Shown in pieces: positions 1-8,798 of a stretch of 64,000 bases of DNA (position 1 is its first letter; each line of letters starts with the position of its first letter). The DNA comes from Acidimicrobiales bacterium (GTDB lineage Bacteria > Actinomycetota > Acidimicrobiia > Acidimicrobiales > VFJN01). The notes below the pieces were generated by a model. The model was given only the letters and a program-made list of their open reading frames with translations. It ran no database searches and was not told the origin of the DNA. The stretch spans positions 65,774-129,773 of the forward strand of contig JBBDWQ010000019.1 in NCBI GenBank assembly GCA_040902805.1, given 5' to 3'. The position numbers were made by a program, and so were the translations under genes.

Positions 1-995
1 TCAGCGACACGATGCTGGGCCACGGTGATGGTCATGCCGACGTCGCGGACCTCCGGTACGAGGTCATGTACTTCCTCGAGGCCTCCGACGAGGCGATCCC
101 CGCGTTCAAAGACGTCTGGGCGGGCATTGGTGACTCGATCGTGGTCGTGGGCGGCGACGGCATCTGGAACTGCCACATTCACACCGATGACATCGGGGCC
201 TCGATCGAAGCAGCCATCGAGATCGGCAAGCCCACGAAGATCCGCGTCACCGACCTCATCGAACAGGTGGAGGAGGAGCGCTGGGTACGTGACGCCGTCG
301 ACGCAGGTGCAAGCGTGCCGCACGAGCTGCAGACCCCGGTCACCTGCGCCGTTGTCGCTGTTGCGACTGGCGACGGGATTCGTCGCATCTTTCACTCGCT
401 CGGCGTGCAGGGGATCGTTACAGGCGGCCAGTCGATGAACCCGTCGACGGCGGAGCTCATTGCGGCGGTCGAGAGCGTTCCGGCCGATCATGTCGTCATC
501 CTCCCCAACAACAAGAACATCATTCCGGTGGCGGAGCAGGTCGACGAGCACACCACCAAGACCGTCGTCGTTGTCCCGACGAAGGGCATCACCGAAGGGT
601 TCGCCGCCCTGCTCGCCTACGACCCGGGGGCAGAGGGACCGGCCAACGCCGTGGAGATGGCCGAAGCGGCAAGCAACGTGGTCGCGGGCGAGGTCACGCA
701 AGCGGTGCGCGACTCGAGCTGTGACGTCGGTCCGATCGCCACGGGCGATTGGCTTGGGATCGCACGCGATGGCATCCGGTCGGTCGAGCCCGCGCTGGCG
801 GATGCGGCGACGGCATTGCTGGCCGTGCTCGTCACTGACGAGCACGAGATCGTGACGGTCATCGAGGGCGAAGGTTCGTCGGCGGCCAGTACCCGTCACA
901 TCACCGAATGGCTGGGGGAGCACCGACACGGCGCGTCGGCGGAGGTGCACCACGGCGGACAGCCGCTGTACCCCTATCTCTTCGGCATCGAATAG
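1..995 (+). CDS. DAK2-domain protein YloV/FakA-like, C-terminal part (5' end cut by window edge)
   Basis: The reading frame is open to the window edge with no stop before the first ATG at 12. It lies directly upstream of recG, as yloV does in Gram-positive genomes. The family call is from remembered similarity to the C-terminal half of DAK2 fusion proteins. Confidence 0.75.
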   Translation, partial: SDTMLGHGDGHADVADLRYEVMYFLEASDEAIPAFKDVWAGIGDSIVVVGGDGIWNCHIHTDDIGASIEAAIEIGKPTKIRVTDLIEQVEEERWVRDAVDAGASVPHELQTPVTCAVVAVATGDGIRRIFHSLGVQGIVTGGQSMNPSTAELIAAVESVPADHVVILPNNKNIIPVAEQVDEHTTKTVVVVPTKGITEGFAALLAYDPGAEGPANAVEMAEAASNVVAGEVTQAVRDSSCDVGPIATGDWLGIARDGIRSVEPALADAATALLAVLVTDEHEIVTVIEGEGSSAASTRHITEWLGEHRHGASAEVHHGGQPLYPYLFGIE

Positions 996-3145
996 TGGCC
1001 AAGCGCCTCCGCGATCTTGCCCAGCTGGGGGCGACGGAGCTGACAGGGGTGGGTCCGGAGCGGGCCAGGGCGCTCGCTCAGGTTGGCATCACGTCGATCC
1101 TCGACCTCCTCACCCACTATCCGCGTCGCCACATCGACAAGACAAAGCAGGCCGCGATCCGCGATCTGCGCGTTGACGAGTCGGTCTGGGTGTTCGGCCG
1201 TGTCGTGTCTTCGAGCTCAGTGCCAGGGCGGGGTCGGGGGCGAGCGCGAACGGAGCTCCGCATCAGCGACGGGTCGGGCTACCTCCGGGTCACCTTCTTC
1301 AACCAACCCTGGCGCACGCGACAGTTTCCTGAGGGATCCGAGGCCATGTTCTTCGCCAAGGTCACGGAGTACCGGGGACACCTGCAGATGGCCAATCCAG
1401 AGATCGACCTGCTCGACGAGGCCGACCGGTTGCAGATCACCGCCATCTACCCGCAGTCGGACAAGCTGCGCATCTACTCCAGGGATCTTCGCGGGTGGAT
1501 CGGTGAGTCCCTCCGTCGCACGCGTGAGCTGGTGGAACCGCTGCCGGACTGGCTGCTCGACGCCCACGACTTCGTTCCGCGGATGTCGGCCTTCCAGGGC
1601 ATCCACCTGCCGGAGTCGATGGCAGAGGCTGAGGAGGCCCGCCGTCGCCTGGTCTTCGATGAGCTGCTGCGAATTCAGATGGCGCTCGTCATGCGCAAGA
1701 GGCGCATCGAGGCGACGAGTCAGGGAATCGAGCACACAACCTCTGGCGAGCTGGTGAGCCGGTTCATCGAGGCGCTGCCGTTCGAGCTCACCGAAGATCA
1801 GCGGTCCGTGATCGCGGACATCTCCGCTGACCTCGCTCGCCCGGTGCCGATGCATCGGCTCCTGCAGGGCGACGTGGGGTCCGGGAAGACCGTGGTCGCT
1901 GTCGCCATGCTGCTCACGGCGGTGCAAGGTGGGCACCAGGGCGCCTTCATGGCACCCACTGAGGTGCTGGCCGATCAGCACCATGCGTCGATCCGACCTC
2001 TCCTCGACGGCGTGACCGTGCCCGACGATGGCAGCTCGCTGTTCGGTGAGCGCCCCCTCACCGTGGAGCTGCTGACCAACAAGGTCACCGGGAAGGAACG
2101 CCAACGCGTCCTGAGTGCGCTGGCAGCCGGCGAGGTGGATCTTCTGATCGGCACCCACGCGCTCATCCAGGAGGCTGTTGAGTTCAAGAGTCTTGGCGCG
2201 GTGGTCATCGACGAACAGCACCGCTTCGGCGTAGAGCAGCGTGCCGCGCTGAAGGACAAGGCGGGCGGCGGTGCGGTGCCCGATGTGCTTGTCATGACGG
2301 CCACGCCGATCCCACGCACGGCGGCCATGACCGTCTACGGCGACCTCGACATGTCCCTGCTGCGACACAAGCCCGTCGGTCGCAAGCCGATCGCCACGAC
2401 GTGGGCCAGGGGTGACGACGACGCGGCACAGGTGTGGGAGCGGGTGCGCTCGGAGGTCGAAGCCGGTCGGCAGGCATACGTCGTCTGTCCGCTGATTGGT
2501 GAGAGCGACAAGCTCGAGGCCGCGGCCGCCGAGACGACCTTTGAACGCCTCGAGGCTGCCGAGCTCTCGGGGCTCTCGCTTGGGCTGCTGCATGGGCGAC
2601 TGGCGGGCGCCGAAAAGGAGGCTGAGATGACTGCCTTCCGAGAGGGTAGGACCCAGGTGCTGATCGCGACCACGGTCATCGAGGTCGGCGTGGATGTGCC
2701 GAACGCCACCGTGATGGTGATCCTTGACGCGGATCGTTTCGGCATTGCACAGCTGCATCAGCTTCGGGGACGTGTGGGTCGGGGCGCGGATGAGTCGTAC
2801 TGCTATCTGGTCACGGAGGTTGGCGGCGCCGATGGTGACGAAGACGAACGGGCGCAGAGAAATGCGCGGTTGGACGCAATCGTGAAGTCGGAGGATGGCT
2901 TCGAGCTCGCCGAGGCCGACCTCGAGATCCGCGGGGAAGGGACCATCTTCAACGAGCGTCAGAAGGGTCGCAGTGACCTCAAGCTGGCGTCATTGCGGCG
3001 AGACCGCAAGGTCGTGGAAGATGCGCGCGCGGCGGCGGAGCAAATCATCGATGCTGACCCCGACCTCAGCGAGAATCCCGAGCTCGCGGACGAGCTCCGC
3101 CTGTTTCTCGATCCGGACGACGAAGCTTTCCTCTTCAAGAGCTGA
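995..3145 (+). CDS. recG: ATP-dependent DNA helicase RecG
   Basis: Walker A GDVGSGKT, DEQHRFG box and motif VI QLHQLRGRVGRG are present. An in-frame GTG at 995 overlaps the upstream TAG (ATAGTG). The N-terminal wedge-domain-like region begins VAKRLRDL. Confidence 0.95.
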   Translation: MAKRLRDLAQLGATELTGVGPERARALAQVGITSILDLLTHYPRRHIDKTKQAAIRDLRVDESVWVFGRVVSSSSVPGRGRGRARTELRISDGSGYLRVTFFNQPWRTRQFPEGSEAMFFAKVTEYRGHLQMANPEIDLLDEADRLQITAIYPQSDKLRIYSRDLRGWIGESLRRTRELVEPLPDWLLDAHDFVPRMSAFQGIHLPESMAEAEEARRRLVFDELLRIQMALVMRKRRIEATSQGIEHTTSGELVSRFIEALPFELTEDQRSVIADISADLARPVPMHRLLQGDVGSGKTVVAVAMLLTAVQGGHQGAFMAPTEVLADQHHASIRPLLDGVTVPDDGSSLFGERPLTVELLTNKVTGKERQRVLSALAAGEVDLLIGTHALIQEAVEFKSLGAVVIDEQHRFGVEQRAALKDKAGGGAVPDVLVMTATPIPRTAAMTVYGDLDMSLLRHKPVGRKPIATTWARGDDDAAQVWERVRSEVEAGRQAYVVCPLIGESDKLEAAAAETTFERLEAAELSGLSLGLLHGRLAGAEKEAEMTAFREGRTQVLIATTVIEVGVDVPNATVMVILDADRFGIAQLHQLRGRVGRGADESYCYLVTEVGGADGDEDERAQRNARLDAIVKSEDGFELAEADLEIRGEGTIFNERQKGRSDLKLASLRRDRKVVEDARAAAEQIIDADPDLSENPELADELRLFLDPDDEAFLFKS

Positions 3146-3230
3146 GGCCGGCTCAAGTCGATGCGCCGATCGGCCGATACGCGGGGATGGCCACCGATGG
3201 GGTCTCCGCGACCCCTGAGGGGCGTCCGCG

Positions 3231-4574
3231 ATGAGCCGGGGCGAGTTCGCGGCTGCAATCGGGGATGCCGTCGATCCCACGTCATTGTTGCGGCGCATCG
3301 CGGACCGGGCACTCGAGCTTGTCCCCAGCGCTGACAGCGTCTCCATCGCACTGGTCGACGATGTCGGGATGCGCACCGTGTGTGGCGCCGGAGTGGGTGT
3401 GTCTGGGGTAGGCACCAGAGCGGAGCTAGGGGCCAGCCTCAGCGGGCTAGCGATCGAGACCGGTCGGGTCGTGCGCTCCAACGACACGTCGTGCGACCCA
3501 CGAGTGGATGCGGTCACCTGCCGACGTCTCGCGATCGCATCGCTGGTCTGTGTGCCTCTGTCACGGTCCTACGAGATGTTTGGCGTGCTCACCGTCAACT
3601 CGGCAAGCCCGCAGGCTTTCACCGACGTGGACGTTGCGGTGCTGACCCGCGTCGCCGACATCGTCAGCATCGCGGTGGGCGCGGCATGCGACCTACATCG
3701 AGCAGGAGATCAGCTGCGCCGCCTCGGTCACCCGGCCGAGGGAGCACTGAGCGCGGTCGATGGAGGCCGCGCGACGGGTCGGTACATGACCAACGCCCTC
3801 AGTCCCGACGCCGTCGCGCGCATCGACGCGCGTCTGCGTGTGCAGCGCGTGCTCGAGGACCCGGAGGTCCTCTCGTTGGCGTTCCAGCCGATCATCGATC
3901 TCAGCTCGGGTGCTGCCGTCGCCGTCGAGGCGCTCGCCCGCTTCAACGTCACTCCTGTTCGGCCGCCTGACATGTGGTTCACCGATGCCCACGCCGCCGA
4001 TCTGGGCGTCGACCTCGAGATGGTCGCGGTAAGGCGTGCGCTCGATCAGATCCCGCTGCTCCCCGATGGGGTCGCGATGTCGATCAACGTGGGCCCCGAG
4101 ACGATGGTGAGCTCGCAGCTTGCACAGGCAGTCGCGCACGTCAGTCCGGGACGAGTCGTGCTCGAGCTCATCGAGGACAAGGCGTTCCACGCCTACCCGA
4201 AGCTGCCGGCCGCGCTGCTCGCGCTGCGCAAACGAGGTGTTCGGGTCGCCGTCGATGATGCAGGTTCGGGTGGGTCACGTCCGACGAGGATGCTCAACCT
4301 CGCTCCCGATCTCATCAAGGTCGACCGCGAGCTCATCTTCGGGATCGATCTCGACCCCGTGCGTAGGTCCCTCGTGGCATCACTGGTTCGCTTCGCCTCC
4401 GAGACCGGCGCGGAGGTGCTGGCCGAGGGTGTGGAGACGCGCGACGAGCTCGATGCCGTACGGGCCCTCGGCGTTCGTTACGGCCAGGGCTACTTCTTGG
4501 GCCGACCCGCGCCCCTCGACGTGCTCGATCTCAGCCGCGCTGTGCCCCTCGATCCGCTGGAGCATCACCGATAG
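3231..4574 (+). CDS. GAF domain + EAL domain protein (putative c-di-GMP phosphodiesterase)
   Basis: The N-terminal ~170 aa is GAF-like. The C-terminal half carries the EAL-domain motifs EAL (AVEALARF), N (SINVG), ELIED, DDAGSG, KVDRE, EGVE and QGYFLGRP. Confidence 0.85.
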   Translation: MSRGEFAAAIGDAVDPTSLLRRIADRALELVPSADSVSIALVDDVGMRTVCGAGVGVSGVGTRAELGASLSGLAIETGRVVRSNDTSCDPRVDAVTCRRLAIASLVCVPLSRSYEMFGVLTVNSASPQAFTDVDVAVLTRVADIVSIAVGAACDLHRAGDQLRRLGHPAEGALSAVDGGRATGRYMTNALSPDAVARIDARLRVQRVLEDPEVLSLAFQPIIDLSSGAAVAVEALARFNVTPVRPPDMWFTDAHAADLGVDLEMVAVRRALDQIPLLPDGVAMSINVGPETMVSSQLAQAVAHVSPGRVVLELIEDKAFHAYPKLPAALLALRKRGVRVAVDDAGSGGSRPTRMLNLAPDLIKVDRELIFGIDLDPVRRSLVASLVRFASETGAEVLAEGVETRDELDAVRALGVRYGQGYFLGRPAPLDVLDLSRAVPLDPLEHHR

Positions 4575-4613
4575 ACGGGCTCAGGGCCCCGGCGTCCTGA
4601 GCTCGTCGACGAT

Positions 4614-4742
4614 CTATGTGAGCCGGGTGATCTCCGATTGGGCCGAGGCCAGATCGGTTCGCAGCGTGTCGGGGACGGTGCGCTCCTCCTCGAGCTGGCT
4701 GCCCATCACGCGCCGCTCGACCGGATCGAGCTCGAGGTGCAT
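4614..4742 (-). CDS. Possible small ORF (42 aa, MHLELDPVERRVMGSQLEEERTVPDTLRTDLASAQSEITRLT)
   Basis: An ATG..TAG ORF fills an otherwise empty 222-nt gap and has a helical-looking sequence. The codon-position GC pattern does not discriminate it from the + frame. No family recognised. Confidence 0.25.
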   Translation of the reverse strand: MHLELDPVERRVMGSQLEEERTVPDTLRTDLASAQSEITRLT

Positions 4743-4796
4743 TGCGGCACCGTAGGACGGCCCAGCACCCCCGAGGCCGCTGCCTACGATGGGGTG

Positions 4797-5567
4797 ATGT
4801 CCCCCTTGCTCGTGACGCTTGCCGTTGTCACCGCTCTTGCCGCCGCCATGCGATCCACTTGGTCCCCGTGTGGGCTTTCGATGCTCTCCACGATCACACC
4901 CATCGGTGAGCGTGGACGCAGGAACCGGTATCACGTCACCGCGCTCTGGTTCGTGGTGGGTGCCTTGCTCGGTGGCGCAACGCTCGGCGCTGCGGCCGCT
5001 GCGCTTGCCGCCGGGGTCGCACTCGTCGAGCTCTCACCTGATGTGCTTGCCGGAGCAGCGGCTGTGTGCGGAGCGGTGACCATAGCGTCGGACCTGTCGA
5101 TCGGCGGGTTCCGCCTTCCAACGCACACTCGACAGGTCAACGAGACCTGGCTCGATCAATACCGGAGCTGGGTCTATGGAGGCGGGTTCGGCTGGCAGAT
5201 CGGTGTCGGGCTCGCGACCTACGTCACCACATCGGCGGTGTACCTGCTGATCGTGCTCGCGGCCCTCACGGCCTCTCCGCTGGCTGCGTTCTACGTCGTC
5301 ACCGGGTTCGGTCTGGTGCGGGGGCTCGCCGTGTACCTCGGACGTTCCCTCACCACCCCGGAGCGCATGATGGCGCTGCACCGACGCCTCGACGAGCTGC
5401 TGCCCGCCGCGCAGCGCTTGATCGTGCTCACCCAAGCGGCCGTGGTGACCGTGGCTGCCGCCGCGGCGTGGGGTCCCGCGCCCGCGGTCGCGATCGCGGC
5501 GGCGGCGGGGGTCACCGTCGTCCTTCGGCAACCGCGGCCGGCAACCAGGGTGGCGCGGCCCGCCTGA
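4797..5567 (+). CDS. Integral membrane protein, family unclear (possibly DsbD_2/CcdA-like)
   Basis: ATG 4797 gives the N-terminus MSPLLVTLAVVTALAAAMRSTWSPCGLSML, followed by about 6 hydrophobic segments. The longer ORF from 4638 adds a non-membrane-like leader. Confidence 0.7.
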   Translation: MSPLLVTLAVVTALAAAMRSTWSPCGLSMLSTITPIGERGRRNRYHVTALWFVVGALLGGATLGAAAAALAAGVALVELSPDVLAGAAAVCGAVTIASDLSIGGFRLPTHTRQVNETWLDQYRSWVYGGGFGWQIGVGLATYVTTSAVYLLIVLAALTASPLAAFYVVTGFGLVRGLAVYLGRSLTTPERMMALHRRLDELLPAAQRLIVLTQAAVVTVAAAAAWGPAPAVAIAAAAGVTVVLRQPRPATRVARPA

Positions 5568-5774
5568 TCACTCGCTGGGGACGTCGCCCCGCCCGTCAGA
5601 GACGGTCTCGTCGAGGTCATCTTCATCGACCTCGAGATACCACATGTCCAGGCAGTCCTTGCAGCGATAGGCGACGATGTCGCCCACCGCCCACCCCAGC
5701 TCGGGCGCTTCGAACGGGGACCGCTGACACTGGCCGCCGCAGTCCACGCATTGGATGGTGTCGGCAACGCCCAT
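5568..5774 (-). CDS. Small zinc-ribbon-like protein with acidic tail (68 aa)
   Basis: The sequence MGVADTIQCVDCGGQC...YRCKDCLDMWYLEVDEDDLDE has two CxxC pairs. ATG 5774 was chosen over the upstream ATG 5828. Confidence 0.6.
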   Translation of the reverse strand: MGVADTIQCVDCGGQCQRSPFEAPELGWAVGDIVAYRCKDCLDMWYLEVDEDDLDETVSDGRGDVPSE

Positions 5775-5845
5775 GCCTCCAGTGTGGCTCACCAAGGGCG
5801 GTGCTCCTCGCCTCGCTGTCCTAGCCACCGCGTATCGTCCGGACC

Positions 5846-6361
5846 ATGCCGAACTTCGAAGAGCTCTCTGCAGCCGCCCCCACGATCGCGTCGTTCTTCG
5901 GCGAGCGGGTTGCCAGCACCGGGCTCACGTTCGTGGCCACGATCCGCATTGACGGGTGGCCTCGCGTGAGCCCCATGGAGCTGTCGATCTACGAGGGACG
6001 GCTCTACGTGGGGAGCATGCCCGACGCGGTGAAGGCGCAGGATCTGCAGCGAGATCCCCGGTGCTGCGTCGTCACGTCGCTGGCCGACAAGGACGATGTG
6101 GCGGGCGAGGCGAAGCTGTTCTGCGTGGCGCGCGAGGTGGTGGAGGCTGATGAGTGGGCCTCGGTGCGTGCCCTCTGGCTCGACAAGATCGGGCTCGACA
6201 TCGGTGAGCCCGGCGCATCGCACATCTTCGAGCTCGAGATCGTCAGCGCGGCCTGGCAGCGCGTGGAAGGCGACACATGGCGGACGTCGTCGTGGGTGGA
6301 TGGTGGGGACGTGCGTGAGCGAGTGCGCATCGGTGCCACGGGCCTCTCTCAGGACCTCTGA
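5846..6361 (+). CDS. Pyridoxamine 5'-phosphate oxidase (PPOX)-family / F420-binding-like protein
   Basis: 171 aa with a split-barrel-like pattern (TFVATIRIDGWPRVSPMEL...GRLYVGSMPDAVKAQDLQRDPR), typical of actinobacterial PPOX-class proteins. Confidence 0.75.
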   Translation: MPNFEELSAAAPTIASFFGERVASTGLTFVATIRIDGWPRVSPMELSIYEGRLYVGSMPDAVKAQDLQRDPRCCVVTSLADKDDVAGEAKLFCVAREVVEADEWASVRALWLDKIGLDIGEPGASHIFELEIVSAAWQRVEGDTWRTSSWVDGGDVRERVRIGATGLSQDL

Positions 6362-6370
6362 TCGATTGGA

Positions 6371-7105
6371 CTAACGATCGCGGGCGGCTTGATGGTCGTT
6401 GAAGCGGTCGACCCCTGCGGAAAACCCCTCGGCGAAGATCGTGTCCTTGCCCAGCTCCTCCTCGACCTGCAGCGCCTCCTCGAGGGTGCGGCCGAGCCCC
6501 GCGTAGACGCTTGTGCGGTCGTTGACCACAGCGCGCCACGGGAACGACGCGATCTCCGCGGCGAGCGCGACCGCTGAGCTGAGCGCGTCACCGTCCGGCA
6601 CGACGCGCGTCAAGAAGCCGATCCGCTCGGCCTCGTCCGTACTGATCTCTCGGCCGGTGAGGATCAGGTCGAGGGCTCGCCCGAGTCCGACGATCTGCGG
6701 CAACCGGTAGGTGCCCCCGTCGATCAGTGGGACGCCCCATCGACGCTCGAGACACCCGATGCGAGCGGAGCGGCCAGCGACTCGCAGATCACACCACGCG
6801 GCCAGCTCCACGCCTCCCGCAACACACCATCCCTCGATGGCGGCGATCACCGGCTTGGACAGCTGGAGGCGGGTTGGGCCAAGCGGTCCGCTGTCTCTTA
6901 GCCGCGGGAGGTCGCGCAGGTTGGCGCCCGCGCAGAAGGCTGCAGCGTCACCTGTGAGCACAGCCACCCGTGCGTCTGCGTTCGCATCGAACGCCTCGAA
7001 CGCGTCGTGGAGGCGGGCGGCGGTCTCGGAGTTGATCGCGTTGCGGACCAGCGGCTGATCGATGTGGATCACCACGACACCGGCGGGAAGAGGGGGATCG
7101 GTCAT
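6371..7105 (-). CDS. Enoyl-CoA hydratase/isomerase (crotonase) family protein
   Basis: Crotonase fold motifs are present: NAINSE, VAVLTGDAAAFCAGANL, AAIEGWCVAGGVELA. Confidence 0.9.
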   Translation of the reverse strand: MTDPPLPAGVVVIHIDQPLVRNAINSETAARLHDAFEAFDANADARVAVLTGDAAAFCAGANLRDLPRLRDSGPLGPTRLQLSKPVIAAIEGWCVAGGVELAAWCDLRVAGRSARIGCLERRWGVPLIDGGTYRLPQIVGLGRALDLILTGREISTDEAERIGFLTRVVPDGDALSSAVALAAEIASFPWRAVVNDRTSVYAGLGRTLEEALQVEEELGKDTIFAEGFSAGVDRFNDHQAARDR

Positions 7106-7125
7106 GGCTGGACGGTACCGTCGCC

Positions 7126-7662
7126 GTGATGCGCGTGATCTCGGGAAGCGCTCGGGGACGGCGACTGGTCGCTCCCGAGGGACCTACGACTCGGCCCACC
7201 CCCGATCGGGTGCGGGAGGCGACCTTCAACGCGTTGGGGAGCCTGGGCGCCATCGTGGGAGCGACCGTGCTCGACCTCTACGCCGGGAGCGGCGCCATGG
7301 GCATCGAAGCCCTGTCGCGGGGGGCAACCCACGTGACCTTCGTCGACCGAGATCGCGCCTCGTTGGCGGCCATCGAGGCCAACCTCGACACCACGGGTCT
7401 CGCAGACCAGGCCAGCGTCGTCGCCAGCACTGTTGAGCGGTTTCTCGCCGGTGTAGGGCAACGTCGTTGGGATCTCGCACTCATCGACCCGCCATACGAG
7501 CACGACCAAGAGGCGTGGCTCGTCCTCCTCGATCGCCTGCCGTCGGATCTTGCGGTGCTGGAGTCGAATCGCCCGGTTGAATCGCCCTTTGGGTGGGAGG
7601 TGCGCCGATCCAAGCGCTACGGGCACACTCACGTGACGATCACCGAGCGGCATCCGATCTGA
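7126..7662 (+). CDS. rsmD: 16S rRNA (guanine966-N2)-methyltransferase RsmD
   Basis: Carries MRVISGSARGRRL..RPTPDRVREATFN, SAM motif LDLYAGSGAMGIEALSRGA and DPPY. Lies upstream of coaD as in other bacteria. Confidence 0.9.
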   Translation: MMRVISGSARGRRLVAPEGPTTRPTPDRVREATFNALGSLGAIVGATVLDLYAGSGAMGIEALSRGATHVTFVDRDRASLAAIEANLDTTGLADQASVVASTVERFLAGVGQRRWDLALIDPPYEHDQEAWLVLLDRLPSDLAVLESNRPVESPFGWEVRRSKRYGHTHVTITERHPI

Positions 7663-7718
7663 CGGGCTCGGAGCCATGGGTGGCGAGCGACCCTGCAGTC
7701 GGCGGTAGCGTGACACCA

Positions 7719-8198
7719 ATGACCAAGGTTCTGTATCCGGGCTCGTTCGACCCGATCCACCTGGGCCATCTCGACATCATTGAGGTGGCGGCCAGGCGGT
7801 TCGACGAGGTCGTTGTCGCGGCCGTCCGAAACCCGCAGAAGGGCAAGACGCTGTTTGATCTCGAAGAGCGTCAGGCGATGATCGCCGAGTCAGCAGCCCA
7901 CCTCCCGAACGTCACCGTCACGCTGTTCGCCAGCCTCGTTGTGGACCTCGCACGCGAGATCGAGGCCGACTTCATCGTGAAGGGCCTGCGAGTGGTGTCC
8001 GACTTCGAGTCCGAGCTGATGATGGCGCAGATGAACCACGCCGTGTCAGGAGTCGACACGCTGTTCATACCGTGCGGGTCAGCGCACTCGTTCCTCGCTT
8101 CCAAGCTCATTCGAGAGATCGCCCACTTCGGTGGCGACGTCACCAGCATGGTGCCCGCCCCTGTCGCAAAGCGCCTGGCCGAGAGGTACGGATCCTGA
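7719..8198 (+). CDS. coaD: Phosphopantetheine adenylyltransferase
   Basis: Begins MTKVLYPGSFDPIHLGHLDII (HxGH nucleotidyltransferase motif). ATG 7719 was chosen because the ORF N-terminus from 7593 overlaps rsmD. Confidence 0.95.
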   Translation: MTKVLYPGSFDPIHLGHLDIIEVAARRFDEVVVAAVRNPQKGKTLFDLEERQAMIAESAAHLPNVTVTLFASLVVDLAREIEADFIVKGLRVVSDFESELMMAQMNHAVSGVDTLFIPCGSAHSFLASKLIREIAHFGGDVTSMVPAPVAKRLAERYGS

Positions 8199-8794
8199 TG
8201 TCCGACCACGATGACGACGACCTCGAGCGGGCGGAGGCTGAACCACGCCCGCGCCTTCCAGGCACCGATTCGGAGCAGATGCTTCGTCGGCTCCACGAGA
8301 TGGTGGCCTCTGCTCGTCCCATGCCCCTGTCCACCTCCGTGATGGTGAACCGTGACGAGATGCTGGATCTTCTCGACGAGACGATCGAGCGGCTGCCCGA
8401 GGAGCTTCGCGCCGCTCGTTGGTTGTTGAAGGAGCGGGAGGAGTACCTCGCCAAGGTGCGACGTGAAGGTGAAGAGATCCTCGACCAAGCTCGCACCCGC
8501 GCCGAGCGGATGGTGCAGCGCACCGAGGTCGTGAAGTCCAGTGAGGCGCGAGCCCGAAAGATCGTCGAGTCGGCCAAGGACGAAGCGAGTCGTCTCAAGA
8601 ACGAGTGTGAGGACTACTGCGACCACAAGCTCGCCAGCTTTGAGATCGTCCTCGAGCGCACGCTCAAGATGGTCGGGGCGGGTCGCGCCAAGCTGCAGGG
8701 CCCGGGCGGGTCCTCGGGTTCTCCGGAGGACGGTGCGGAGACCGACGACGACGGTCTCGACAACCCGGCGGTGTTCGACCAGGACCTGGGCTAG
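8198..8794 (+). CDS. Coiled-coil protein, DivIVA-like (position-equivalent to mycobacterial Rv2927c/SepIVA-type proteins)
   Basis: The ATG overlaps the coaD TGA (TGATG). It has acidic termini, a central charged helical region and a VMVNRDEMLDLLDE segment reminiscent of the DivIVA N-domain. It lies upstream of yceD. The family assignment is tentative. Confidence 0.7.
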   Translation: MSDHDDDDLERAEAEPRPRLPGTDSEQMLRRLHEMVASARPMPLSTSVMVNRDEMLDLLDETIERLPEELRAARWLLKEREEYLAKVRREGEEILDQARTRAERMVQRTEVVKSSEARARKIVESAKDEASRLKNECEDYCDHKLASFEIVLERTLKMVGAGRAKLQGPGGSSGSPEDGAETDDDGLDNPAVFDQDLG

Positions 8795-8798
8795 TTCG

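Noticed and set aside
4638-4796. A longer N-terminus for the membrane protein, starting at TTG 4638.
   Set aside because: The added 53 residues are not membrane- or signal-like, and ATG 4797 gives a clean TM start. This is kept as an unresolved alternative in a finding rather than called.
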